A DNA stretch of 64,000 nt from Coniocarpon cinnabarinum (Eukaryota), in the NCBI GenBank assembly GCA_051942205.1, contig JAVECO010000029.1:62001-126000 (forward strand), in the 5' to 3' direction. Positions 10,667-22,990 of the stretch are shown here, piece by piece (the stretch's first letter is position 1; each line of letters opens with the position of its first letter). A program made the translations under genes and the position numbers. The notes under the pieces are model-generated. The model was not told the DNA's origin. It searched no databases and worked only from the letters and a program-made list of their open reading frames with translations.

Positions 10667-13600
10667 ATGGCGTCAAAAACCCCGTCGAATGCGCCTCGAG
10701 GACGAAAGCGCGCCAATGAGCCTCATCTCGAGGATCCAGGCAATGTTGGGAGGTGAGCTTTTTTAGTCGGCAATCAACGTCATTCGCTGTGTACTGAGCA
10801 TATTTTTTTTTCAGAGCAACTGGCCTGCACATGCCACGCGTCTCCAAAGGCGGCGATGAACAGTTCGACAACCTCAGCGAATATTTCCCTACCACGGGGA
10901 AAGCGAATCGAGGACAACGTAAGAGCGACACCACTGTCATGTCATCGGAGGACATGGAGATTGCAGAGAGTGTGTCACATGAGTCAAAGCATTCGTGATG
11001 GAGCATTGTCCAGCATTTCTATCCTCCCGTGACCTATACCGCGTCCCAAGAAAGCTGCTGACGTACCAGGTTCTGGCCTCGAAGTGACCGAACACCTCCA
11101 ACAAAGATCCGCCAAATCTACACAGAAACCACCGCCGCCCACGCGATCTCCCATACGGGCGCCGATGCGGGGCACTCCGCGACGACCTTCGTCTGCTGGA
11201 CCGACGTCCTCTGCGCGAACACAAGCAACGGCGGCTCGGACGTCAAACGGCACGCCGGGGTCGATTCCCAGGCTTGACTTCCATCCGGGCCAGAGCCCAC
11301 GGCGTCCATACACGCCAAGACTCAATGGTGATGCAAGACGCTCAGGCACGTTTAGCATTAGCCCGTCGCCTGAGAAGGGACGAAGAGCCAGTGAACCGGC
11401 GAGGGATCAAGAGACCGATCTTGACGATACGACGGCCAACATGGATGAGTTTGACGACCAGGCAAATGTTGCACCGGAGGCAAATATGGATAATGACACA
11501 TTAGGTGACATGCAACCCAACACTAATTTTGATGATTCTCTGGCATTATCAGAAGGATCTGCGCGTAAGACAAGGGGCAAAGGTCGACCGCAAACCAGTG
11601 CTAGGCGCACTCGACAAAGCGATCAATCGTTAGATCTCCAAACGAACGGCGTGGTTGAGGACGAGGCACCTGTTGATGCAGAAGAGTCCATTCTCCCCGA
11701 ACAGGACGAATCTGAACAAGTCGAGCCAGCCAACGATCAGATGGATGACAGCCTTCATGCTGCAGCACCGCAACGAAAGAAACCTGGGCGACCTCCCAAA
11801 GCAGAAGCTGCGAATTCTAAAAAAGTGCGCAAAAATGCTGCAAAGGAGAGCACACAGCCGAAGCAACCACCATCAGAAAAGCGCGCACTGGCAAACAAAG
11901 ACGCCAATAAGAAAATCGTAGTTGCTAACGAAACAAGATCCAACACTCGCGAGCGTCACGAGACACCATACGACGAAGATGAAACACGATATCACAATCG
12001 GTTTGGTCGGTTGGTTTACAAGCCTTTAGCACATTGGAAAAACGAACATGTGAATGTCAAACCACTTGAATTAGACAGTGGTCGCTTCGTTTATGAGACC
12101 ACCGATGTCGTTCGAATGGACGACATTACGCCTCAGAAACGAATAATCAATCGTTCAGGAGACAACACAACTCGCAAGCGACGGAAGAGAAAAGCTGCCA
12201 CTGTTTTCGAGGACTCTGACCCTGACGACGGGGCAGAGCCCTGGGAAACCGCGGAAGGTGTTATCAGCGGAGCGGTACGTATGTGGGATACTGAGCTCGA
12301 AAACGGTGTCGACGAAAAGCGACACCAAGAGCTGGCCTTCGCTGCATCGAAGATTGAGGCTCGCGACAACGCCGAAGGCTCATTTCGATTCGCCAAGACA
12401 CTCACCATGCCGTTCTTTGGCTCCGGTATAGTCGAGTTACCGCCTGGCGGGATCAAGAGGACGAAAAATTCACGGCGCATGCAGATGATGTTCTTTGTGC
12501 ATTTTGGGAAGGTCACAGTGGATGTTCAGGGCACGAAATTCACCATCAGCAAAGGAGGCGTGTGGCAGATTCCGAGAGGTGAGTTTACTAATTTCCTTGC
12601 TTGTCTGCTTGTTGCATTTTCTTTTTTCTTTCCTTCTCGGGTTCGAAAGCAGAAAGAGAGTAAAGACGGGAGTTTCCAGTCTCGTAGCAGCAAGCACAAA
12701 TATTGCTCTGGTCCTCAATGTTTTCCTATGTCACGACTACCAAGCGCAATAAACAACCGCCGGAATCATCAGAACCAGGTGTCCCCACACCTTCATGCAT
12801 GCTGCGAACAACGCAACGAACCGCTGCACCAGATACATCTCGCTCCACCTCCGCATCAGAGTTCACGCCTGCACGCCTCATCACAACGGCGCAAACTGCG
12901 GTCAGGCAGCTGCTTCGCTGGCAGTCCCAGGCGCCCAGGGCGGCGAGACCAGGCGATTCGGTTTTGCGCTTGATGACGAGGCAGCAGAGACCATTGCAAC
13001 GCCGCAGCAGAGACATCCAGGATGTGCATCGACCGACTACCTTCAACGAGCAACAAAACCTTCTTCGCGCAAGCACCACCTGCCTGCCAAGCGATGGTAC
13101 TCGACGAGCCACGAGTCGACCAATCGGAGAATAAGACCCGAAAGCAGCAGTTCACCACCGTTCACGACCACAACCCATGTTCTCATCCCGCATGAACCAC
13201 TCCACCTCGGACAGACCAGACACAGCGTCGTACCGCTACGTCTGGCACCGGCGTCGATACGAGCGCAGCAGCGCCAAAACACCGTTGTGCGCACATTTAT
13301 CAGCGTGGGCTTCTCCGTCGCACCGAAGGCACGTCTGCCTGACTCACGCCGATCGACGTCTCCTCGATCGCATGAACCGTGCCTTTTTCGCGCAATGCAG
13401 CGAGCCCGCGCTACGCTGCACATGCTGCGCCGCGCCGCGCCTGAGCCCCGCTCGCGATCGCCCCGCCCTTTCGCCTGGTCTGATGCGGGTTTCTCTCTGC
13501 CCTGGTCTGGATGGATTGCCTCGTTCACTTCATCCGCCACGACGCGCTGGCTGCCTGGGTCCAGCTCGCGCGCCTCACACGTGCGTCATGCCCTCAGGCA

Positions 13601-14172
13601 GACAGACGCAGGCAATAGCGACGTGGTCCCTTCGGTGGTACGCGAGCTTCTGTACTGCGGCGAACCAACGCGCTGGATGCGCTTCATTGGCATCGCGTCA
13701 CTTTGTGTTCATCGCGTCCGAGTCAGCTGGGCGTTCACTCGCGGCGCTTCCGCTGCACCTCGACCAACCTTCTGGACTGCTCATGCACGCTGGCGGCTGG
13801 ACGACCTGATTGGCTGCTATTTTCCTTCAATTTTGCGTTCGTCATGGATGTCTCGGATGCTTGCTCCTTTGGGCCTGGCGTCCTCTTTAAGATTGCATTT
13901 CTGCGTTGGCGCGCTTTTTTCTTTCCTTCTCGTTTGTTTTGCCATTTGGCTTAGATCAAGTGTAGTATCTGTGTCAAATCTTGTTTCTAGCTTTTTCCAG
14001 GGATTGCAAGTGTTGATGGGCATTGTTTTGCTAATGGGTATTTGCAGGTAACAACTACAGCATTTCCAACGACACTGAACACGACGCCAAGTTGTTCTTC
14101 GCGCAAGGCTGTGAAGTCGATTTGAATGCGAATAATGTACCTACAAGCCAAGATGTGCCGACGGCAGAATAG
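10667..14172 (+). CDS. MIF2: Centromere protein C (Mif2) with C-terminal cupin; 4 exons, last intron 12579-14047
   Basis: N-terminus ..DPGNVGR|ATG..; CENP-C motif RFGRLVYKPLAHWKNE; cupin FAKTLTMPFFGSGIVELPPGGIKRTKNSRRMQMMFFV..WQIPRG joined in frame to exon 14048-14172 (GNNYSISND..LFFAQG..TAE*). Confidence 0.9.
13938..13972 (+). ncRNA. U2 snRNA 5'-core-like fragment inside the MIF2 intron (not a complete U2 gene)
   Basis: TTTGCCATTTGGCTTAGATCAAGTGTAGTATCTGT matches recalled fungal U2 UUUGCCUUUUGGCUUAGAUCAAGUGUAGUAUCUGU at 34 of 35 positions; stem IIa and downstream stems are not evident. Confidence 0.8.
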
Positions 14173-15292
14173 GTGTGAATTGAAATCCTTCACAAAGGCG
14201 TCGACAGGAACGCAGAGGACGGCGCACAGCAACCGTGTGTTATTTTACGGTCTTGAGGGGAGTATTCACGAAGCAATGTGTCAATGGGAATGGGCATGGA
14301 AATGGAAATGAGAATGAAAATGGGAGGATACGTACAGTTTACTGTTTTGCAGTTTACGTGAAAGCGCATGGAGTAGGACGTAGCGCTATGAAGCAGATCG
14401 CACACGTCTTGAATACCATGCCATGCTGTTTTGCTATGCCATCTCGCATTGACATGGAAGGCTATGACAGCAATAGGAACGTGATTTAAACGGCGAATTC
14501 ACGTGGCATCGTGATGTGATCCTTTCTGGTTAGGAAACTGTGTGCATCGCAGCAAAAGCGCGGCTCTTCCGTAGGCAATGGATGCAGGCCATGAGCGGTG
14601 GTTGATTCGCGATGGTGATGAGCTTTTAGCGCTTTAGGTTGGGGAGTCGGATATTTGGTATCTAGTTGCTTCGTCTTTTCGATGCAGACGCTTCGTGTCG
14701 AGTATTTACTCGTGGCCGTATGGGTGAGGATCTCCTCGTCACTGAGTGTGATGTGAGTGTGAGTGTGAGTGCAGCAGACTACTGGGCAGGAGATCATACG
14801 CATGATTTCGACGGACATTTCTCAATTAATGTCGTGACTGTGGATGGCTTCGTGGACTTGCTAGAAACGTGTTCGATGTCTTTTCTCGATTGATTGCTCT
14901 TTTCTTGCTGACTTACGCGGATTAATGATCGCTAGACACTGACTCTCTAAATGACTCAACGGTTGAACACGGTTTTATGTACATGAAATCGGGTGCAGGA
15001 ATGGTTTACTGACAGGAAGTGAGGCACAAGTTTTGGACGTCGTGACTTGGATGACATCCTCCTCGAGCACACCTCCATGGATGCTCTTTGAAGAACAGAT
15101 CCTTCACTCTCTCGCTAAGGCTAAACGAGCCACACGAGCCACACGTCTGCTCCCGGACTTGGTCATGTCAAGCGCAGGGAGTTCTTGTAATGGCGAGGGG
15201 ATTCCAAAGCCTTCATTGAGGACAGGATTTCTATTGCTGACGAGTATATCTGTCGTTACGTGGGCCCGTTTAAGAATGGATTTACGATTAGT

Positions 15293-15468
15293 CGATTGCT
15301 GTGTTGCTGTATTGCTGGATTGCTGTATTGCTGGATTGCTGTATTGCTGTATTGCTGGATTGCTGTATTGCTGTATTGCTGGATTGCTGTATTGCTGTAT
15401 TGCTGTATTGCTGTATTGCTGTATTGCTGTATTGCTGTATTGCTGTATTGCTGTATTGCTCGATTGCT
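15293..15468. repeat. Octamer tandem repeat, 22 units of (GTATTGCT) with GGATTGCT variants
   Basis: Directly visible; 176 bp, first and last unit both CGATTGCT. Confidence 0.95.
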
Positions 15469-17389
15469 CGCGCACTGTGAGCGAAGATTTCATATGATGT
15501 CTCCCGGGCGACTTAGCACGAGGTGAACAGAGGGATATGCAAATGGCCTTGGATTCCTGAGTATACACATGGCAGGGCTATTTGAACGTCTTTGAACGAT
15601 GAGAGTTTCTCTGCATGCGAGTCTGTTCATCAATGCGGGAAGAGGAGATAAGGACCCGTCTAGTTACACGGGTCAACGACTGGCATACAGCGGTTTTTCG
15701 CACGAGCGAACAAGGAGATGCGAGGAGAGTGTAGTGGAACGTGTACAGCATTGTGTGTTCATGATGGAGATGAGGCTTGAAGGTCTGTGCTGGAACGGGG
15801 TTCCTACTGCTTACGAACTTCCTGCCGTTACCGGTGCTCTCTAAATCCTCTGTGCTTTATCATGGGGTCGGCGGTCTTGCCAAGCGTCGACTTATGGCGT
15901 TTGAACGCCTGTGAGGAAGAGTTTGTCGTCATTGCTTGCAAGCGTGATTGCATGGGTGCGCTACAAACGAGAAGCGCATCGCATCGTCTTCGCTTATTTG
16001 TTGGATGAGCCACCCTGCCATACGTGGTAAAAAGCTGAGCGAAAGAACGAGAGAATCGTGTAAATTCGCCATGGCAATGAGGCTCGATGGCTAATGTTAG
16101 GCGCTGATGTGCTCATTGCTTGTGTGATCATTGTTGTTACGCGTGCGCATATAGGAGGATTACATCCTCTTCGCTTGTCCACAAGTGCTTACCAGATGTC
16201 GCTTGTGTGAGTATGGAACAACAACGCTAATCCTCTGTCCAGCATCCTGCTCACACTTTCGAATTATCTTCCCATAGACAGGCTGCTAGATCGAGGAGAA
16301 TCCGAACGGTGGCGCAGGTCATCCCACGGGCACGACAGAGTCGCATTTTCATCTTATTCTCGCGTGTTCGGATCCTCCACATCGTTTCTGTGGAGGATCA
16401 AACTCCTTGACCGCTTACGTCGCAATCCTTTGATCAGGGCTGTAGAGGATGACATCTGAGGCTGAGTCCGCGCCAGGGATCGTTCTACAAGAGGATGGTA
16501 CCTACCGTTCGCTACAAAGGAACAGGCAAGGAACAGGCGGTCTAGCACAGGAATTCCACGTTGCGATAGGAATCAAGTCACATTGCGGACCATTCGGATC
16601 GCAAGAGGAGCGAAGTCCACCAGGAAAGGATCTCAGTCGCGACGGCACAGTCGAGTGCTGGATGTCAGGCAACATCAGGATTTCGAGCAGGTTTGGATCC
16701 TGGGCTGAAATGCACGTGCGGGGCAGGTTCCGGAAGGATGCAATCGATCCCCATCTACCTCCACGCATCTTTCTAGTGCGAATCCGTCTTTCGATAAATG
16801 TTTCAAGATTTCTGGGAATTTTCCAGAACGGGACGGTGAATTCTGCACCATGTAAATATAATAGGCGTCATGCACGTGAGGCATTTACGATTCCACGATA
16901 CGAATGCGTGTAGATGCACGAGCTCCCGCCCTGAGACATTAACGACCCGGCAGGCAGCCCGCCCCCAACCGTGATCCCAACCCCACGGGCAGGCACACTC
17001 GCCGCGGCGACGTATCGATTCGAGGCATCACCCCAGAACGCACGCACGGCTTGCGCGGAACACCGCGTTTCTTGCGTTCGGTCGTTGTCCGTGCGTGTTG
17101 GGATCTCTCCATGCCATGCACAGGCGGGACGGCACAGCGGGGGCCACCACAGCTGCATCTGCGGCAATCCGTTTCAGACGTGCACTGCCACTTCTGCAAA
17201 GCCCATTGTGTTTCACAATTCGATAGATCTTCTCAACAGCTCGGGACGCGACGTGACGTGACGATACCTGGAGACGGCAGCGCATGGTGCCACGTTCCGC
17301 TGCTTCCACGTGTGTGCTTCCTTTCGGGTGTTTCCGAGAAAGAATTGATTCCATGGACACGGCTGCATGGTTCGTATAGGGGTCCAGTC

Positions 17390-19497
17390 CTAGATCTCTT
17401 CCATGTCTTCCCCAAGTTCCTCAACAACGGGGAAGTCGCCGACTTCGACCCGCTCGGGGCGGACAAAGACGCCTCTCTTCATGCCACCGCAGTCAAAGAT
17501 CTGATGGCCCTTGGCAGATCCGTCGTTCTTGCCGGTAGGCTCGTCCAGACGCACGCCGACCCATGCGCCAATGCCAGGAAGCTCGTCAATCTCGCCAACG
17601 TATGCCACCTCGCCTCGTCGGTCCATGCCGTCTTCTGCCTTTGCATTCTGCTGGTCCGGTGGCGGCAACAAGCGACATCGTCGGCCGAGAGCAATGTGCC
17701 GCTCGCTTATTTCTCGTAGGATGTGTGATTTCGTGGCTGCCTCGGCAGATGGAGCTGTAGGGTCAAAGCGACCGAGGTTGTTGGCGCGCTTGTAGGCGAG
17801 GACGGAGTTGGAGAGTGTCTCATAAGTGGCGGCGGGCATTTGGTACTTTTCTACTTGGTCGAGGGCGGACTGGGAGGAGAAATCGGTAGCGTTACGCAGG
17901 TGGGCAGGTCGCGTGTCTGTGACCTATGGGAAAGAGGACAAATTAGTGTTGGTTAGACAATGGACATTGATTTCCGTGCACTAATGAGTGTGACTGTCGG
18001 TTTGGCTCAACACGTAAAGGCCACTGAAATTTACAGGTGCATTTACAATTTTATTGCAAAGTTGTTGCCACTGTTGCCATGGAGTCGCATCGTAGCACGT
18101 TAAATCCTCGCGATGAGGGCAAATGTTTTCATGTATCCGTGGTATTCGAGCATAGCAACCAGCATCACCCGGATGCAATGAAGCATAGCTGCTCAGGACA
18201 GCGCGAAAATCAACAGGATTCAATGATCCGACTGCGAGATCTGTTTAACGAATGCTCTGGACTCAAATTGCCACATAGGATCGATGCGAGGCAGTAACCA
18301 AGAGTTGCACCATCTTGACCAGGTCAAGTTTGCAAAGTTCAAGATGCTGACGACTACCGTTGAATTGCTCGAGTGCCAGCAACGACTCCGACGGTACGCA
18401 CAAGTTGCGGAACATGTTGACCCCGAAACTCGAATTTTGCTTGCACGAGCCATGGATTCTCTGGTCAAACAATGTCTCATCTGCCGGTGATAGGCGCCCA
18501 ACGTCAGAGGATACCCGGCCAGAAGATTTGTCATGTCATGTGTGGGCGCCTAAGCACAGCCTGTAATTTCTGCTCACCGCCTTGAATCTACAATGCAGTA
18601 GCGTGGGTGTCAATGCTTCACGTCGCATTTTCAAGTGGTGAAGTTCCTCGTGTGTCCACAAAGAGCATCTGCACGACATCCAGGCAGAAGCACGTCGCGC
18701 CAGTCGCAAACAGCGAGCCCGGGGGCAGAGACATCCCATCATGCCCCTGTGCGTACGACTGTCAAGCATGGAGATGATACCGTCAGCCTTTGGGTGGCGA
18801 ACCGGGTGTCGATGAACTGTCACGGACAAGGCTCCGCCCTCGCAGTCGGGGAACCGTGGTTGGACAGTCGGATCAGGTTCGCATGCTTTACCGCCCATTG
18901 GCGCCGACATCTGATGAGCGCATCGCTCACAGCGGCGGTGTGCCTAGTGATGAACCACGCCGTTGGGACGAGATGAATATTTCCAAGCGATGGACCGATC
19001 AACAGCGAGCGGATCCGGAAGAGGATTTGCGAGTCATTGGCATCAAATTTTGACTTTTAGCAAGGGCTGACGACATGGGAAATGTGAATCCCACAATCCT
19101 CAAGTGCTACGACGCAAGCGGACGAAATAGGCCAGTAGGTGCTCGTACGCGTGCCAAAGACCGAGCACACTCAGAAAGGAAATGACAGTGAAATGAGCAA
19201 TGGCGCCAAGATGACGCTCTGCGTCACCGCTCTTTCGCAGGTACTTACATTGATCTCAGCATAAGCTTGCAGCGCGAAAGCAGAGAGCTGTGTAATCTCC
19301 TCATTTGCTGCCTCGAGCGGTACATCAGGCTGCGAGCTGTGAGACTTGACTGTCAGGCGTTGGAAGGAGGAGAGAATGCCCGTAATGGGCTCCAGGCGCT
19401 GCTTGAACTGCGCAATGGTCCACGCTGGGCTGATCCTGCGTTCCGAGAGTGAACTCTCCGAACGAACCTGCATTGGTACATCCGCGGCGGCTTGCAT
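17390..19497 (-). CDS. ALF1: Tubulin-folding cofactor B (Alf1/Alp11); 2 exons, intron 17924-19248
   Basis: Exon 1 19497-19249 is the ubiquitin-like domain (SERRISPAWTIAQFKQRLEPITGI). GTAAGT donor and CTAAC/CTAAT..TAG acceptor. Exon 2 17923-17390 begins VTDTRP and has CAP-Gly WVGVRLDEPTGKNDGS and the EEI terminus. Confidence 0.92.
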
Positions 19498-21238
19498 GGC
19501 TGGCAACACGGATGGTTGGGAGATGCTCGTGTTCGGGAGAGTCTCCGGCTTCCAAGACACGTGGAGGATGACAAGTACAGCGAGCGTTCCTGTTCCTGGT
19601 GCCTGGCGATGCGGGCCTGGAAAGCGGTAAGTTGTGTGGGAGTGCGTGGAAAATGGACGATGCCCCGACACGCGAACGCCAGAGGCTGCAGCGGAAGGAA
19701 GTAGTAGCACGGAGGATCGAGGAGGCGATCGGAGATGAACTGCCGGTCAGAGCAGGTGTCAGAGCAGCTGGTACTTGGAGCGACTTGATCCCGGCAAGTG
19801 GTGGGCTGGGCTGGGAGTTGTCCACGCAGAGGGAAGGGGCTGCACAAGCACGTGACAAGTATCGCATGGGAAAGGTAGGCGCTGGCCGAAAGCGGAAAGG
19901 GAGCACGATGAGGAAAATTTGATTTGGGCGGAGTGCCATTCGAGGCGAGTCACGGGTCTCGTGTGCGCAATGCTGGCACTGCAGGCGCCCTCTCGAGTCT
20001 GGAGGCTGAGGTCGAGTGGAGGTCAACTGGAGGTCCGTCACCCGTCCAGGCGCCTCCGGCCAGGGTCGCAACCGCCGGTCCGAGCGCCTTGTGCATCGCG
20101 GCTTCAGGGCGGCGGCGCCGAGTCATGGCCGCGGCGTGGCGTCATGCCTTGCAGCGTCAGAGTTCGGTGTGGCCAGCGTGACAGCCCATGAACCCCCGGC
20201 TTGATTGCATACCTGTCGACACCGGCCAGCACCAGCGCCTCGCGGCCTGGGGCGTGGAGATGTGTTGTTCGCATGGGACATGCATGCCTAGGCTCTTTGC
20301 TAGGCGAGTTGGCGCCGAGCGCTGGAGCAAACGGGCAGCCTCTCGACGTGTCATCATCCGGCGGTGCGGTTGCACGATGAAAAGGGTGCGTCATCGCTGT
20401 CAACGACCTCTGACGACGTGGAATGGCGCCTGCTGCCTGGGGGTCGTTTGCCAGCCGGCTTCGCCGTCGCAGCCCGGAGATGACCTGTACGAGGCGAGCA
20501 AGGAACAGGAAAAATGGCCCCTTGATCTTCGTGGAGATTGCCATAATGCTGGCGGCGCTTGTGTCGTGCCTGTCCACGGCTCTGGAAGGCGCTGTAGATT
20601 TTCTAGGGGCCCCCGTTAAGAACGTCCACAGATTAATAGGCAGCTTAATTGGCTCTTCTGACTCAAGCTCTCCAATGGCTGCACCACTACCACATCCTGC
20701 GTCGACGGTCATGTGTCCGTGTGCACATTGACGCGCAGACTCCGGCGCCGTCGTCGTGATGGCGCGCGTAGCCCTGGCTGTCGACGACATCATAGCAGCG
20801 GTGGGCGATTGGCGCGTGACGGTCGACGCCTAGATTGCTGCGAGAATTAAAGCACACCACTAGATCGCCCGTGCGTCGAGCGTGCAGAAGCGCGCGATGG
20901 CCGTGGAACAGGAGCCAGCATCGCGCGACATGGCTGTGACTGGCGTGAGGCGCAAGGCGAGGGCATCGAGCGGACCCGCATCGACGAGATCGTTGGGCTG
21001 TCGCCTCGAGGACGGTGGTTGTGGTGGTGGTGTGGGCATGCTTGCACAATTGCCGCGTGAGATGACATCCATTGCCTGGCCATGACCCATGGCTGCATTT
21101 CTGCAAGCTGGGTGCTGCGGGCTCGCCGTCACCAAAAATATGCCGAAGGAGGTCCTAGCTCACTGCAACGTGAGGCGTTCCTTTTTTCGGATGCCGCCCG
21201 TGACACGCCTGGTACCCACATGTTGCGCTTGGTGCGTG

Positions 21239-22990
21239 GACTGCGACTGCGACTGCGACTGCGACTGCGACCGCACAACGCCTGGCGCGTGCGGACGGAT
21301 GGACGTTTGGGCGATGGTGCTAGTGCCTTGGTGCGAGCCAGCGGAGAGGCAAGGCCGGCTAGCTAGTGAACTCTCTCTCTCTCTCTCTCTTGGGCGAGGA
21401 GGAAGCTGGAGAAGGAGAGAGGGTGACGCACAAGTACCGATACTTGGCCGCGCCGCTCTGTTGCACGTCGCCGTCCTCGAACCGCGACATCCTGGCCGGT
21501 TCACCGCTTTCCTCTGCCTCTTGTCTCGAGTCTCGCTGCTCTGGGTGGAGTGTCTTGTGGCTGACCGTCGTCTCGTCTGTCTGCGCGCGACGACTGGGGC
21601 ACGTTGACTGGCCTGGATCGCAGCGCTCGGACCCCGTCTATCTGCAGGGAGTGGCCGCTCGCGATCCCATCATCGTCGACGACGTACACGGGGGAAGAGA
21701 AGTACAGTACGAAGCACGGAATAAGCTACGCCATGCAATCGAGCCGCGGCACAGGCACACATGCACACATGCACACATGCCCCCCAAACCAAACCAAAAC
21801 CAAACCAAACCAGACCAGACCAAACCAGAGCAGAGCCGAGCGTGATATCCGGAAGGACGTGCAGTGGCAGCCAGTCCAGTCGTCCGCCGCATCAGTGATC
21901 ACTGCCCGCTGCCCCCCCCTCCACCATTGTCCCCGGCGCGTGATGGGTGGAGGGATTGCTAAGAATGCTGATGCGGATGCGGATGCTGAGCTGATGCTCG
22001 ACGGATGGCGCTGCCCGTCGTTCCATGGCCCGCTAGAGGGAGTACCCACCAACCCTCCAACCCACGCGTTCGCCATCACCATCCCTCACCCATCCCATCC
22101 CTTCCCTCTCACTCCCGCCCGCATCCATACGGAGCACAGTACATCCCTCCTCTCACCCATCCACCCTCCGCGCCTTGGGGATCTCGTGAACCGCTGGCGC
22201 CAACAGGCCCCTCTCCATGCCCGCCGCCGGCCTGGTCAGTAGCGCGGGTAGTGCTGCTCCCCGACGCTGCTGCTGGTGCTGGTGCTGGTGCTGGTGCTGG
22301 TGCTGGTGCTGGCGATTGCAACAAGTAAGCAGTGCTTCAATGTCCAATGCAATGTTGTCTCAGAGGGCTCGCTAGGAGAGAATGAGGCAGTCCACTGCGC
22401 AGGCCTGTCTCCGTCACTCGCCTCTGTCACCGTCACCGTCACCGCAACCTTTCGGGCTCTTTCCAGCCAAACTCTATCCTTTGCGTTGGCACGCCCTCCC
22501 TCCCTCACGCACCACACGCACCACGCACTACGCACTGCACGCACCACATGGCACCTAAGCGACGTAGCCCTCCTCGCTCCCTCACCGCCCTCGTCATCAT
22601 CCTCTAATGCCCTACCTGCCTGCCTACCACCTGCTCTCTTTGCACCGCCTTTCTTCTTCGCTGGCCGCCTTCTCTCCCTCGCGTTCGCTGCTTTCATGTA
22701 GTTAGGCTGCAACCACCGTTCGTGCCACCCTGCACGCTTCCTCTTTTTTTTTCTTTCTCTTCCTGCTCCCATCTTCCTGCATATGCACTCCTTCGATGTC
22801 CTCCCGAACCCTCCTCCTGCTCAGCCGTCGCTGTTGCTATTCGTAGCCCTACCATTCTTAGCCTCTGCTCTGTCTTTCCGCCATCGCTCCTTCCGGACAC
22901 CTGCCAGCCTGCAGCACCACCAGCCTGCAGCAGCAGCAGCAGCAGCAGCAGCACCACCACCACCACCACCAGCATCATCATCATCATCGT
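21239..22990. repeat. Cluster of microsatellites upstream of the Myb gene
   Basis: (GACTGC)n about 21239-21270, (CT)n 21371-21389, CCAAA/CCAGA run about 21784-21830, (GCTGGT)n about 22272-22312, (CAG)n(CAC)n(CAT)n about 22920-22990. Confidence 0.85.

Noticed and set aside
12795..14051. 418-aa sense ORF inside the CENP-C intron as a nested gene or homing endonuclease
   Set aside because: R/S/P/A-rich with no LAGLIDADG, GIY-YIG or RT motifs; the other sense frames are also stop-poor, so composition likely explains it. Not fully excluded without Ribo-seq.
13930..14120. Complete functional U2 snRNA gene
   Set aside because: Match stops after TCTGT; stem IIa and 3' stems are not evident and the downstream sequence is the CENP-C acceptor and coding exon.
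15293..15468. CRISPR array
   Set aside because: Contiguous 8-mers without spacers, eukaryotic context, no cas genes.
15033..15568. ORFs with YCCIAVLL or QQYSNTAI repeats
   Set aside because: Translation artefacts of the octamer repeat.
18911..19070. Hammerhead core (CTGATGA) or box C/D snoRNA in the cofactor B intron
   Set aside because: No GAAA after the hairpin; the C/D boxes are antisense to the host and lack a terminal stem or recognisable guide.
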